From positions 3,132-67,131 of IMG/VR virus record IMGVR_UViG_3300030389_002443: a stretch of 64,000 nucleotides of DNA; one strand, 5' to 3'. Positions 34,724 to 45,800 of the stretch are shown here, piece after piece; positions within the stretch are counted from its first letter, which is position 1, and each line of letters begins with the position of its first letter. Under the pieces are notes generated by a model. It worked only from the letters and a program-made list of their open reading frames with translations, was not told the DNA's origin and did not search any database. The position numbers and the translations under genes were made by a program. The stretch comes from a virus.

Positions 34724-35418
34724 TGGCTTTAATTATTGATGATAGGGAAAAATCTACATTTTCTAAAATAATTGAAGAAAAGGCTGCTAAAATGGGAGTT
34801 CTAACGGAACGTAAAAGACTTGAAGTTGGCGACTACGTAATTGGTGATGTTTGTTTTGAGATAAAATCTTCTCAAGATTTTTTGCAGTCTGTATTAAACA
34901 AAAGAATTTGGAATCAAATAGATAACATGGACAGAAATTATCAAAGAAATTTTGTAGTTATTCATGGGACTGTATTGGATGCTGTTGATAAATTTATGAC
35001 TCATAGTACAGGGGGTGGTTCTGATTACCGCTCAAAATCTATTTGGCTAAAAAGCAAATTCATGGGGGCAGTGGGAAGAATAAGATTAGATTACGATGTT
35101 GATGTAATTTGGAAAGATAGTGAGGCTAGTGTTATTGATGAGGTAATAACAATTATCAAAATGTCTCCAAACAAGAGAGCAGTTATTGAGCCTACTATAA
35201 TTAAAAAAATAACTACAGAAGATGTTAGGGTAGATATGTTAGCCATGTTAAAGGGTCTTACTAGACCAAAGGCAAGATTGTTGTTAGAACATTTTGGTTG
35301 TATCATGGAAATAGGTGAGAACGAAGTTTCAGATATTCTCAAAATTAAAGGCATAGGTAAAGTAACTGCCGAAAGGCTATTAAACATATTAAATTCAGAA
35401 GAAAAGGTGGGACAATGA
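34723..35418 (+). CDS. ERCC4/XPF-type nuclease with HhH domain
   Basis: IIDDRE, LEVGDY, FEIKS..DF, IKGIGKVTA. Confidence 0.9.
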   Translation: MALIIDDREKSTFSKIIEEKAAKMGVLTERKRLEVGDYVIGDVCFEIKSSQDFLQSVLNKRIWNQIDNMDRNYQRNFVVIHGTVLDAVDKFMTHSTGGGSDYRSKSIWLKSKFMGAVGRIRLDYDVDVIWKDSEASVIDEVITIIKMSPNKRAVIEPTIIKKITTEDVRVDMLAMLKGLTRPKARLLLEHFGCIMEIGENEVSDILKIKGIGKVTAERLLNILNSEEKVGQ

Positions 35419-36974
35419 TAGACGGATTCGATGATGAGTTATATGATATAATGAATGATATTCCAGATGTAGACATAGAAAAACAAGATTATGAGTTACC
35501 TAAATTAGTAAAGGACTATGTAGATGTCGCTAAAGAATATTCTATTGAAAATGAATTTCCAGCAACCATAACTTTCTTTATGATACTTGGACAAATCCTA
35601 AAAGACTTTTATACTATCCCAGTTAAAGCACAACGTATAGACCCTAGAGTTCATTTTGCTTGGTTTCAAACAGCAAGAACTGGTAAAACTGCAATATGGA
35701 AAATGTTAGAGGCTATTTGCGATATGGTGTTTGGTAAGATTAATGACGATGATGAAAAGTTCAACACTTTTGAAATAGTCGAAGCAACTGATGCTGCACT
35801 CATTGGTTCTTTTGGGGCTAATGGGTCATTCGATAACACAACTAAACAAAGGTTTGAAAATTGGTTAGATGATGAAAATATAGACATAGAAGACTTTGAT
35901 GATGGTGATTTGGTTCAATTGATGACAGATGTGCCAGCAATTCCTAGAGATTTTACAGGGCCAGATGATGTAAGAATACAAAGGCAAATTTTCATACAAG
36001 GTGGTTTAGAAGGGAGCGGTCTTGCTCAATGGGATGAATTTGAATCAAGTGGTATATTCAAGAAAAAAGCCAATAATGAAAATGTATTAGTTTATCTTCA
36101 AAAATTTATGAATGGATTAGAAAGTAAATCTAATATTATTCGTAAAAGATTAGCAGGGGGCGATAAAGAAATTGTTTGTGATTGCCAACGCTCAATGTAC
36201 GCTACAACATATGTTCCTACTAATTTCTTAGAAATATTATTTAATAGTGGAGCATTACAAAGAGCATTAGTTTATGTTAGGGAAATAGATGAAGATATTC
36301 TCCATATTCAAAGAGATACATTTATTGACGGTTTAGGGGAAGAATTTGATGGTTTTCCAGAATGTGAAAGGTTTGCCAATGCATTAGTTAGAATTTATCA
36401 AGAAGTAGAAAAAAGATTTAATGAAGTAGGAGTTAAATCAAAGGTGTTTACCTTTGACCCTAATGCTAAAGAGGTGTTAAGATTATCTTATAATAAAATG
36501 GAATATGCGATAGTTAATCATCCACCTAAAGTAAGAAAACTTGCAAGGTCATTCCAAATCAATTTGATACAATATGAAATGATATTTTCTACTTTGATTT
36601 GTGCTATTGAGTCTGTCAACAGAACACAAGGTAAATTTATAGTCACTCCTAAAAATATGCACCAAGCAAGAAAAGTTGTTGAGCCATGTTATGATTATCT
36701 TATAGAGTGGTTACAAAACAGTATAAGAGGGGATGTTGTAACAGCAGAACTTCAACACAACGCTAGACTCAAAACATTTAGGGAAACATATGATGGATTA
36801 CAAAAGAAAGATGGTTGGGTAAATCAAAAAGAGTATTTACATGAAGTTGCGGCCCGAATGAATAAGGGAACGTCTACAATATACCGATATTGGAAAAAAG
36901 ATAAAATATCAGAATACTTTGAGAGCAAACAAGTAGTACGAACTACTTATATTAAATGGAGGAAGCAAGAATGA
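35415..36974 (+). CDS. Divergent MCM-like AAA+ helicase
   Basis: DPRVH..QTARTGKT, TDAALIGS, WDEF, SGALQR; C-terminal wHTH-like region. Confidence 0.7.
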   Translation: MIDGFDDELYDIMNDIPDVDIEKQDYELPKLVKDYVDVAKEYSIENEFPATITFFMILGQILKDFYTIPVKAQRIDPRVHFAWFQTARTGKTAIWKMLEAICDMVFGKINDDDEKFNTFEIVEATDAALIGSFGANGSFDNTTKQRFENWLDDENIDIEDFDDGDLVQLMTDVPAIPRDFTGPDDVRIQRQIFIQGGLEGSGLAQWDEFESSGIFKKKANNENVLVYLQKFMNGLESKSNIIRKRLAGGDKEIVCDCQRSMYATTYVPTNFLEILFNSGALQRALVYVREIDEDILHIQRDTFIDGLGEEFDGFPECERFANALVRIYQEVEKRFNEVGVKSKVFTFDPNAKEVLRLSYNKMEYAIVNHPPKVRKLARSFQINLIQYEMIFSTLICAIESVNRTQGKFIVTPKNMHQARKVVEPCYDYLIEWLQNSIRGDVVTAELQHNARLKTFRETYDGLQKKDGWVNQKEYLHEVAARMNKGTSTIYRYWKKDKISEYFESKQVVRTTYIKWRKQE

Positions 36975-37201
36975 ATTGGGAATACGATTTTATAGTATTT
37001 GATATAGAGAAGGGGCCAAAAATTATTCAAGAGGTTTTAAATACTCATGGTGCAGATGGTTGGGAATTGTGTTCCTTGTTACCTGTTGCTGGTGTAAAAT
37101 TATGTGCTTATATGAAAAGAGCAGTTGAGCCAGAAGAACCAGAAGGCAAAGAAGATGAGAAGAAAAAAGAACTGTTAAATCTTTGGAGCGATAAACAATG
37201 A
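36971..37201 (+). CDS. DUF4177-like protein
   Basis: WEY...LNTHGADGWEL...YMKR. Confidence 0.75.
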   Translation: MNWEYDFIVFDIEKGPKIIQEVLNTHGADGWELCSLLPVAGVKLCAYMKRAVEPEEPEGKEDEKKKELLNLWSDKQ

Positions 37202-37257
37202 ACACTACTACTTGGCTTTCAATTTATAATATAACGTCTTGTAGTAGGTGGTATTAA

Positions 37258-37845
37258 TTGAGTAATGTAATGGCCTTAGATTTGGAAACAAAAAATCTTT
37301 CCAATGAAATAGGCGGTTGGGGCAACACTCACATGTTTGTAGTTTCTACAGTTTGCACATATGATGGCACAACAATGAAAACTTACGCAGATGAAAATGA
37401 TATTCAAAAAGAAGGGGTGTTTCCTCTTAGACAATTAAAGTTTGATTTAGATGACCATTTTGAGAAAGGTGGTTTCTTATTAGGCCATAACATTCGTGGA
37501 TTTGATTTACCAGTATTAAGAGATTCACCAACGACACATATCGGTTGCATTCACAAATACTTAACAGAAAAAAGATATATTGATACTAGCACTATCTTGA
37601 ATAAGACTCAAGGAGAAAGATTCCATTTAGAAAATCTAGTTCATTATAATTTAGGAGAGAAAAAATCTTTAGAAAGTGTCCAAGCACCAGCATTGTGGAA
37701 ATCTGGAGAATATGACACTGTTATGGATTATTGTGCAAAAGATACTAAACTAGTATATGATTTATGGAAGCATGGTAAAGAAAACATGGTAAAGGCTTAT
37801 AGTCAAGTGCAAGATAGCGTAATTGAAATCGGGGTTGATTGGTAA
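37258..37845 (+). CDS. DEDD/RNase H-like 3'-5' exonuclease
   Basis: LDLET, GHNIRGFDLP, YIDT, YCAKD. Confidence 0.85.
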   Translation: MSNVMALDLETKNLSNEIGGWGNTHMFVVSTVCTYDGTTMKTYADENDIQKEGVFPLRQLKFDLDDHFEKGGFLLGHNIRGFDLPVLRDSPTTHIGCIHKYLTEKRYIDTSTILNKTQGERFHLENLVHYNLGEKKSLESVQAPALWKSGEYDTVMDYCAKDTKLVYDLWKHGKENMVKAYSQVQDSVIEIGVDW

Positions 37846-38123
37846 TGCAAAATTTTACTGGAACAGGATTTAGCAATGAGGAAATTAAAAAAGAAGATAT
37901 TGCAAAAAATATCAGAAATAAAGCAGATGCAATAATGTCATTGCGTGAAATGCATGTGTTACTTTTAAAGGTCGGTAAAGCAAGAATGGAACAAGGTGGT
38001 TTTTTTGAACTTGACAAAAATAGGTCAAAAAAGGCAGAACAAGAGGCTGACAGGTTAGAAGATGAGTTTAAACAACGAAAAACACAAATGATGGAATATT
38101 TACGAGATATGCCCCACGATTAA
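37845..38123 (+). CDS. Hypothetical coiled-coil protein
   Basis: TAATG coupling; ORF track. Confidence 0.6.
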   Translation: MQNFTGTGFSNEEIKKEDIAKNIRNKADAIMSLREMHVLLLKVGKARMEQGGFFELDKNRSKKAEQEADRLEDEFKQRKTQMMEYLRDMPHD

Positions 38124-38141
38124 AACAGGAGATGAAAAAGA

Positions 38142-38297
38142 ATGGAAACAGCAGAAGTAATGGCTTGGTTTTTCTTCTTAGTGGTAATATCTATATTGTT
38201 CTTCGCAGCCTTTGGCTCAAGCAATATTGATGAAGCAACTATCGAAGAATATATGGCAAGATTAATGGAACAAGAAAAAGATGGTGGAAGACGGTAA
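38142..38297 (+). CDS. Small single-pass membrane protein (51 aa)
   Basis: Manual translation WFFFLVVISILFFAAFG. Confidence 0.55.
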   Translation: METAEVMAWFFFLVVISILFFAAFGSSNIDEATIEEYMARLMEQEKDGGRR

Positions 38298-38299
38298 CG

Positions 38300-38443
38300 A
38301 TGGCTTCAATTAGGCAATACTGTCCTAATTGTAAAAAGTCAATCATTCCTCTGAGATTGATAGGGAAATATGTATCAGATAGGCCAGATGTAAAACTGTG
38401 GAACTGTAGTGAATGTTCCTACTTTTGGACTAACGCTCATTAA
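38300..38443 (+). CDS. Small zinc-ribbon protein (47 aa)
   Basis: Manual translation CPNC...WNCSECSYFW. Confidence 0.6.
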   Translation: MASIRQYCPNCKKSIIPLRLIGKYVSDRPDVKLWNCSECSYFWTNAH

Positions 38444-38446
38444 ATC

Positions 38447-38478
38447 CTCCCTCCCAATGATGCCTCTGGCGGAGGGAG
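38447..38478 (+). terminator. GC-rich hairpin at the end of the plus-strand block
   Basis: CTCCCTCC / GGAGGGAG directly after last stop codon; convergent region follows. Confidence 0.4.
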
Positions 38479-38965
38479 TGTGAGAAAAAAATATAATTGT
38501 GTTAAATGTAGTTATGCCATGTCGTATGATTTGGTGTTAACTTTATCTTTTTACTTTTGGACTTTTATTTTTGGATTGATTGTTAGTAAGCCTTCCAAAT
38601 CGAAAACCATCGTAAGCATCAAACCTCGAAGGCCGCCAAAACCAGAAGTGTTCCAGATAGAGAAGAAGTTTGAAAATACATAAAACTAATTTTTTTTAAA
38701 ATATTCTTTTGTTAAATTTTTGTAACGTGTATTTGTAAGTGAAAGTGAACAGAATTTATTTTGTGACGTGTTACAACTAAAAAAAGTGGCAACGCAAAGG
38801 TAGGGGTAGAAGGGGTATGTTTGGGTAAAATTGCACTTTTACTTTTTCAGTTTTTCAACTACAACATACACGAATAGAAAAAAACTAGAAATCATAGATA
38901 TTCCTATTAAAAATAAACCACATGTTTCTAAAACGGTAAGAGATAATCTTTCTGACATGTTTACC

Positions 38966-39457
38966 TCATAAACCTTTAACTATTATAGTTAAATTAGCCG
39001 TATCTGAACCACCGCTATTAGAACCCTCATATTCCATATTTGCATTATATACATTTCTATTCATACTAGATGATATTGTTATAGTCCCATTAGTATAATT
39101 TTGAGAACTAGATGTTGTATTACCTACAGCACCAATACCTGCACTATCTGAAGTTTCAGATAAAGTCCAACTATGTGTAGTAATTGCCCCACCACCACTT
39201 TGAGTTCCTCCATATGCTTTTAGTGTAAGCACCGTTGCAGAACCACTTTGTACAAATAAATCAGTATTATGAGCATAATCAAAGTCAGTTCCCGAACTAA
39301 TAGGTGAACCACCATAAAAAACATTCGCATCCGCACTTATAGTTATAGAATTTGTAGTTCCATCATCATCTTTAATTCTAACATTTTGTGGTGCGGCTAC
39401 AGCAGCAGCAGTAGTAACAGCGTAAGAATTAATAACAATAATACCCATATCAATCAT
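38966..39457 (-). CDS. Ig-like/beta-rich tail accessory protein
   Basis: S/T/G-rich beta pattern; coupled to tail fibre gene. Confidence 0.6.
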   Translation of the reverse strand: MIDMGIIVINSYAVTTAAAVAAPQNVRIKDDDGTTNSITISADANVFYGGSPISSGTDFDYAHNTDLFVQSGSATVLTLKAYGGTQSGGGAITTHSWTLSETSDSAGIGAVGNTTSSSQNYTNGTITISSSMNRNVYNANMEYEGSNSGGSDTANLTIIVKGL

Positions 39458-42420
39458 GTCCTATATCCATAAAGTGTAACCTTTAATCCTTTACCAGCAG
39501 TAGAAGAACCTATTTGGTCTATGTCAAAAGTTATCAAAGCATCATTCGCTAAAGAAGCATCACTAATTACTGCCGCAGTTGCCGCAGATGAAGAAGTAAG
39601 TTCACTAGCATCTATTGTTAATTTAGTAGAAAGTATTGTTGACCCTGCTTCATTTATATCCACTGTAATAGTTGAACCTACTGGTGCAGTATTAACAGTT
39701 GCTTTTACACCAGTTAGTGTCATAGCGAAAGGCATATTGAAACTTGCTTTACCATTTCCAGTTGTTAAATCAGTAGTTTCATCTGATAAAGAAATTATGA
39801 AAACTTCTTCTGATAATAGTATATCATTACCCGCATCATTTGTAAAATATAATGTATTAGGTGTATCATCATGAACCCATAATTGACCGTAAGCCGCAGT
39901 ATCAGCATCAGCATCGGCTTGTTCTTTTAATGTAAAAGCACCTTCAACTGTTAACTTTGTTTTAGGCGCATTAAGTCCAACGCCTACTTTATCAGCAGAA
40001 GCATCAACGAATAATAAATTAGTATCAGAACTACCTTCACATCTAAAGTCTATATCATCCGCTTGCTCATTGATTACTACATCTCTTGTAGCGGCTCTTA
40101 ATCTAATATATTCGCTAAGAGTTCCAGCCTCAATTAAATTAAAAGTCATATGACCGTCTTCTGAATCATCTGATGTATCATCCATTCCCGCTTCAATTGT
40201 AGCATAATTTACTTCTTGGGGTACATTACTATTATTGACTCCATCATTTTCTCCCCTAAATACAATTTGTCCTATAAGGTCATTATCATCTATATCTGAT
40301 GCTGCTGAATCTGCATCTCTAAATAATACAAGATTAGGAGCGGAAGTAGCCGCACTAGCAAGAGTTCCTTCTATTAATAAGTGGTCGCCCGAACCACCCG
40401 AAAGAATATGCAAAGGAGCAGTAGGAGCAGTAGTTCCAATACCAACGTTACCTTCATCAGTAATTCTCATTCTTTCTGTTATTCCTGCATTTGCGTTGTT
40501 AGTTGAAAAGGCCAGAGTGCCATCATTAACACCTGTTAGTTCATTTAAAGTAGAAATTCTAGCACCAATATAAGAAGTAGGCCCATGAGAATCATAATTT
40601 TTAAAATCTATTCTTGCATAATCTGTTCCCGTTGCGTTCCTTGCACCTTCAATGATAAGCGTCCTAGTGTCACTTAAATCAGCAGTTCTCGCTAAGGTTG
40701 TATCTCCTTTAACTTCTAATACTGTAGTTGGAGCATTAGTTCCAATGCCCACATTACCATCTGTGTGAATTCTCATTCTCTCTGCGGCTGTATCTGTTCC
40801 ACTTACTTTGGTATGGAATGTCATTATAGATGTTCCAGTTCCATCTCCACCACCAGATTTTAAGATTAAATCCCCACCATCTATGTTATTACCATTAGTG
40901 GATGTAGAACCCGCAGAGATAGTTAAGTCTCTACCTGCTGTTGTTGAAGTTGTTGCCGCTACACTTACTGTTGCATCTTGCCCATTTCCAAAACCAACAT
41001 CTCCACCTGTAACTGTTAAATCAGTTCCAACTGTTGCAGTAGTTGTAGTGGTTAATGCACCTGTAACTGCTAATGTGCTTCCATCAAAAGTTAAATTAGA
41101 TTCAGCATCTAACTCAGTTGTAGTAGAGCCAACAGTAACAAGTTCATTTTCAGTTGCATTATTTAATGCTGTAATAGGACTTGATACTATATCAGTCCCA
41201 TTGATTGCAAACGTTTTACCCGATGCTAAGTCTATACCACCGTCATCTATAGTTACTATATCTGTTCCATCAACATCAAAGATATATTTTCCCTTATTGG
41301 CAGTGGAGGAAGCAGCCGCAGTTGAAAACTTAACAAAATCTAAAGTTTGTGCGCCCGAATCAAATACTGATTGTATCAATAGTTTTTCAGCATCAGCACC
41401 ACCAATAGATAAACTAGGGTTTCCGTCATTAACATCTTCTAACAATTTCAAATCTGAACCATCAAAAGTTAAATGGTCTTCACCAGCAATGGCGTTTGAA
41501 CCAGTAACAGTTACTATTGTATTATTAGTTGAACCAGTTAAAGACGCTCCACTAGCACCTATATCACTAGCAACTTCAGAACCAGTTCTAAAATCTACAT
41601 TCCCACTACCATCTAAAACTAAAAATTTATCTGTATCTGTTCCAGCATTTACAACACTGCCTAAATTCAAAGTTCCTACAACAGAAGTAGCACCTAGCCC
41701 ATCAACAGAAAATACAGTTGTGTCACCGTCATCACCATCAGAATCATCATCCGATAAAATTTCAAATTTTTCATCTGCTGTATTATCTGCTAATATAAAT
41801 CTAATATCCGCATTTGCTATTTTATTTTTAAATACTGTTCTTGTTCCGTCACCAAAAACATCCATTACTGGAGTATATGCATTTGAATCTAAATAACCTA
41901 TTGATAGATTATTATCTGTTTTGTGTGATGTAAAAAACTGTGTTGGTAAACTTGCAGTTGCAGTATCGGCATCGTGAGCAACTTTAACTAAACCGATAGG
42001 AATGTCACCATCAGTCAATTCTGGAATGTCATCAACTGATGTTGATATTCTAACATCCATTGAATTATCTGCTTTGACTACTACTAGATGGTAGAAGTTA
42101 CCAGAAGTTGGTCTAGTTAATGGATGTGCGCTTAAAGTGCTTACTGAAACATATTCTCCATCTCTAAATATCTTACCTGCCGCAACTTCAACTGTTGGGG
42201 ATGTTCCACCAGCATAAGTGAAGTTGAACCCCATACTTCCAGCCGCACCATTTTTTAATGCATAATTTCCTGTAGCCGCAGAATACAATGCTTTGAAAAC
42301 CCCAGAATGTGGGAAATCTAGCCCATCTCTAATTTGCAGACTTGCAGTTTCATCACCAGTATTTGCTGGTGTTACTAATTGACTTATTCCTACCCCGTCA
42401 TTGTTAACTATTAATGTCAT
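39454..42420 (-). CDS. Tail fibre / receptor-binding protein
   Basis: Repeats ERMRI..DGNVGIGT.AP (x2) and N..VTV......E..LTFDGS.L (x2); T/G/D/S-rich. Confidence 0.8.
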   Translation of the reverse strand: MTLIVNNDGVGISQLVTPANTGDETASLQIRDGLDFPHSGVFKALYSAATGNYALKNGAAGSMGFNFTYAGGTSPTVEVAAGKIFRDGEYVSVSTLSAHPLTRPTSGNFYHLVVVKADNSMDVRISTSVDDIPELTDGDIPIGLVKVAHDADTATASLPTQFFTSHKTDNNLSIGYLDSNAYTPVMDVFGDGTRTVFKNKIANADIRFILADNTADEKFEILSDDDSDGDDGDTTVFSVDGLGATSVVGTLNLGSVVNAGTDTDKFLVLDGSGNVDFRTGSEVASDIGASGASLTGSTNNTIVTVTGSNAIAGEDHLTFDGSDLKLLEDVNDGNPSLSIGGADAEKLLIQSVFDSGAQTLDFVKFSTAAASSTANKGKYIFDVDGTDIVTIDDGGIDLASGKTFAINGTDIVSSPITALNNATENELVTVGSTTTELDAESNLTFDGSTLAVTGALTTTTTATVGTDLTVTGGDVGFGNGQDATVSVAATTSTTAGRDLTISAGSTSTNGNNIDGGDLILKSGGGDGTGTSIMTFHTKVSGTDTAAERMRIHTDGNVGIGTNAPTTVLEVKGDTTLARTADLSDTRTLIIEGARNATGTDYARIDFKNYDSHGPTSYIGARISTLNELTGVNDGTLAFSTNNANAGITERMRITDEGNVGIGTTAPTAPLHILSGGSGDHLLIEGTLASAATSAPNLVLFRDADSAASDIDDNDLIGQIVFRGENDGVNNSNVPQEVNYATIEAGMDDTSDDSEDGHMTFNLIEAGTLSEYIRLRAATRDVVINEQADDIDFRCEGSSDTNLLFVDASADKVGVGLNAPKTKLTVEGAFTLKEQADADADTAAYGQLWVHDDTPNTLYFTNDAGNDILLSEEVFIISLSDETTDLTTGNGKASFNMPFAMTLTGVKATVNTAPVGSTITVDINEAGSTILSTKLTIDASELTSSSAATAAVISDASLANDALITFDIDQIGSSTAGKGLKVTLYGYRT

Positions 42421-42851
42421 TATTCTACCTCCACTGAAAGAGTAATATCTATTTGGTCTGAATTATTAAAAGGGCCGATTGCATCAAAAGGAAATCTAGC
42501 CAACATTATACTTTCTACTGTTGCCTCTGTACCATCTGTATTAGATTCTCCAGTAATCTGAACACCTTCTAATCTCATCTCATCGAATTGATTATCTTGA
42601 GGTAACTCCCCGAACACACCAAATTCTCTAATCGCACTAGCAGCCAATTGACTACCTGTTACTGTTAATTTGAAATCTGTACTAGTATCACCAGTATTAG
42701 TAATTGTTAGTGTTTCATTTGCAGTCAAAATTGGAACATCCAATGTGTTTGCATTCGGGTTAGTAGTATCTCCACCTATCCCAACATTACCTGTCGTAAA
42801 AAAAGTTTGTAAAAATAAATTTACTTTTTTCTTAGCATCTTCTGTTATCAT
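42420..42851 (-). CDS. Tail tip / collar-type structural protein
   Basis: VGIG..T....TL, IREFGVF, MLARF pattern. Confidence 0.6.
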   Translation of the reverse strand: MITEDAKKKVNLFLQTFFTTGNVGIGGDTTNPNANTLDVPILTANETLTITNTGDTSTDFKLTVTGSQLAASAIREFGVFGELPQDNQFDEMRLEGVQITGESNTDGTEATVESIMLARFPFDAIGPFNNSDQIDITLSVEVE

Positions 42852-45800
42852 GTTAAATCCTCATCTAAAATTACGCTTGTCTCTACTGAACCTAAACTTG
42901 GGTTGAATCCCACGCTGTTAGTCGCTACATTAACTGCATAATTAAATCCAATGGTAAATGGACTACTAAACACACCTGTTTTAGTAGCAACTAGTCTTAC
43001 TCCTTTGATTTTCATAGTGTCAAAGAAGTTGTTTGTGTCATTGACTGATTTAAATTTACTTGCTCTTAAAAAGGCTAAAGTCTTTTTACTTTTAACCATC
43101 AGTTCAGCAAGTCTTTCACTAATCCCTTTATTGTAAGCCCCTATTTCTAATTCCATTATACCTAGATTATCATACCTTATTTCTAGTACAACATATCTAT
43201 CTGCGGGAATTCCTCTACTTGGAATATCTAAACTAATTATATCTCCAACTCTAAGATACTCTAACCCTACCATAGATATTTTAATCGTTATCCTAAAGTT
43301 ATTTTTGGCATAAAAGTCTAACAATTTATTTGCTTTAACATCTGCTTCTTCTTGAGTTCTTATAGTTTCATCAACTTCCTCAAAGGTTTTCTTTCCAACT
43401 TCTTTTATACTTGCGCCTAATCTTCTAATAGATTTAACCCCAGAACCATAAACTATTACTTCATTATAGAAATCGTATTGTGATTGTTCTTTAGACACAT
43501 CTATAATATTACTAGTTTCTTCTGATATACCATAACCCGAATAATCTAAATTAGCATTATCTGGTCTAATTTTTATTCCTTCTGAGGTGATAGTAATTCT
43601 TTTATCTTTAAATTCTGTTAAAAATTGAATGGCTTTGTAGACATCTATTCCTGTAAATTCTGGCCCAGTAAAGTATGGGTATTCTACAGTTGATTCTGTA
43701 AAATCAATATTGTTAATTTTCATTATATCTTCTACTATATCTTCTGTTTCCATAGCAATAGTGGCAGTAGAGGCTATGTTTGCTTTTACTGGGTTTCTTA
43801 TTTTAGAAGGTAATGGAGTTTTTACTGTAAATATTTCCCCAACAGAAACTATACCTGCCATTTTTTGACTTACTTTTTCACCAAAATTTATGTTACAAGC
43901 CGTCATCAAACCTGCTGGTGGTTTAGATACACTCATTTGTTTTCTTTCTTGCGCATCTCCGTCATTTAATAACACGTCATAAGACTTACCACTTTCAAAT
44001 CTTTTTCCACTGCCCCCATCTCCAAAAATAGTCGTAAAGTAATTGAAAGTTGGAGGGCTTGAATTTATATTAGTAACTCCTCTCGGAACAATATGAATAT
44101 CATCACTAGTTGAATCCATATTAACTAATACATACATAGATTGAACTGCTTCTTTATATCCAAATACCTCTCTTTTATCGCTTACATTTTCTCCATTCCA
44201 TAATTGAATATGTGGGACACTTGCATACATCTTATCATCAAAAGGTCTTTTCGTAGTAGAGGAACTTAGCGTGTATAGATTAATTGAAGATGGGGAATCT
44301 GGCCATAAACATGTTTCTGATGGTTTCATTACTTTATAATAATTAGAAATATATGGAGTACTAGTGTTGACATTATCTACAATCAACACATGTTCTCTAG
44401 TATCTGCGCCTTGTGATACGCTATGACTAATTACGTGCATAATATGTTTAGGTAACAATCCTTCTTCTGAGGCCATGAAAGAATATTGAGAATCATTAGC
44501 ACCAGTTCCAGCATTAGTCCAAGTTCCACCAATAGGGTATCTTCTAGTACTATCTGCTGAGTTTATGGTTCCTTGAGTTCTACCTTGATAATATCCTTCT
44601 GTAGATACAAGATAATACCCTGTTAAATTAGGAGCAAAAGCAAGCCAATGGTTATCATCCATTTCTGAATTATCTCCTTCTTTTATTGTTATTACTGCTT
44701 GCGACCCAGTATTAGATGATGTATCTAATCCACTTGGTTTGTGAGTCAATTGTGAGAGCGCACCGAAACTAACCCCTAAATTAGATTGAGCATATTGGCC
44801 TAAATGCAAATATGGTTTAAATAATATTTTAGCACCATCTGCAACATTGGTTGGTTTTTCTTCTGCATTAAATGTTACAGCAGCAAAATCTTTATCATAT
44901 GCTCTTTTAATTTTTGGATTAGAAATACCATTACTAATATTAGTAGTTTCTGCGAATTGAAGATATGGGGCAGAAGGAAACTCATTTGCACCATCGGAAT
45001 TAGAACGTAATTTTTTACTTGACATTTTTAAGTATATTCTGTTTTCTTTTAATATACCAGTACCAACAGCAGAATACAACGCATCTGAAACTGGGAAAGT
45101 CATACCAGTTGCTAATTGTCCACCTTCTTCATCTGCGTTATCTATAGTAAATCTATCTAAAACAACCCCTTTTAATCCACGATAAATATTTCTACCTTGG
45201 CTAAGATAATATAATATTTTAGAAGAATGAACTACATCTCCTTGTGCGTAATTTGCCTGTGTTCCTGCTGGTGCAGAATCGGGACTTATGAACATATAAT
45301 TGTTAACTGTAGTTGCCCTAAATATAGGTGGTAACATACATAATGCTAATGTATCATCGTTTCCTCTTTTTAAATTTTCATTATTTGCTAAGTCTTCTTC
45401 TGTTGCCCCAGTTAAAGTAATGTTAGTAGGAGTCACTACATTTGCAGTGCCAACATTGTGAACAATACCTACTTGCGCCCCTGCATTATCATACACTTTA
45501 TCTCTAGGGCTAAAACTCCAATTAGCATAAGTTCCATCTACAGTTATACTTGCGGAAGCACCAGCAGTTATTGCCCCGTCCACCAAAGTATCTGTTTCAG
45601 TTGGTGATAGAGGGAAATATGCTGAATTTGTAGAAGTTACTGAATTATCTGGTTTGCTAAACACTGCATTTGTTCCAGTTGGATTTTGTTCAATGTCATA
45701 ATTCTTTAAGGCAAAATTAGTATCTCCAACATATTTACCAGAAAATATTGCCCCTTTAGTTTGCGTTATATCATTAAATGTTGCTACATTTCCTTCCTTA

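Noticed and set aside
38480-38960. ORF 38480..38683 and GCCTTC/GAAGGC inverted repeat near 38590-38633 as a gene or ncRNA
   Set aside because: No RBS and only a short stem; more simply a convergent terminator region.
40808-41896. 362-aa plus-strand ORF (also 39521..39874 and 40235..40573)
   Set aside because: Antisense shadow of the tail fibre gene, caused by its codon bias; S/P/V-rich with no RBS.
39454-42420. Diversity-generating retroelement target in the tail fibre
   Set aside because: No reverse transcriptase and no template/variable repeat pair noticed; repeats are at protein level only.
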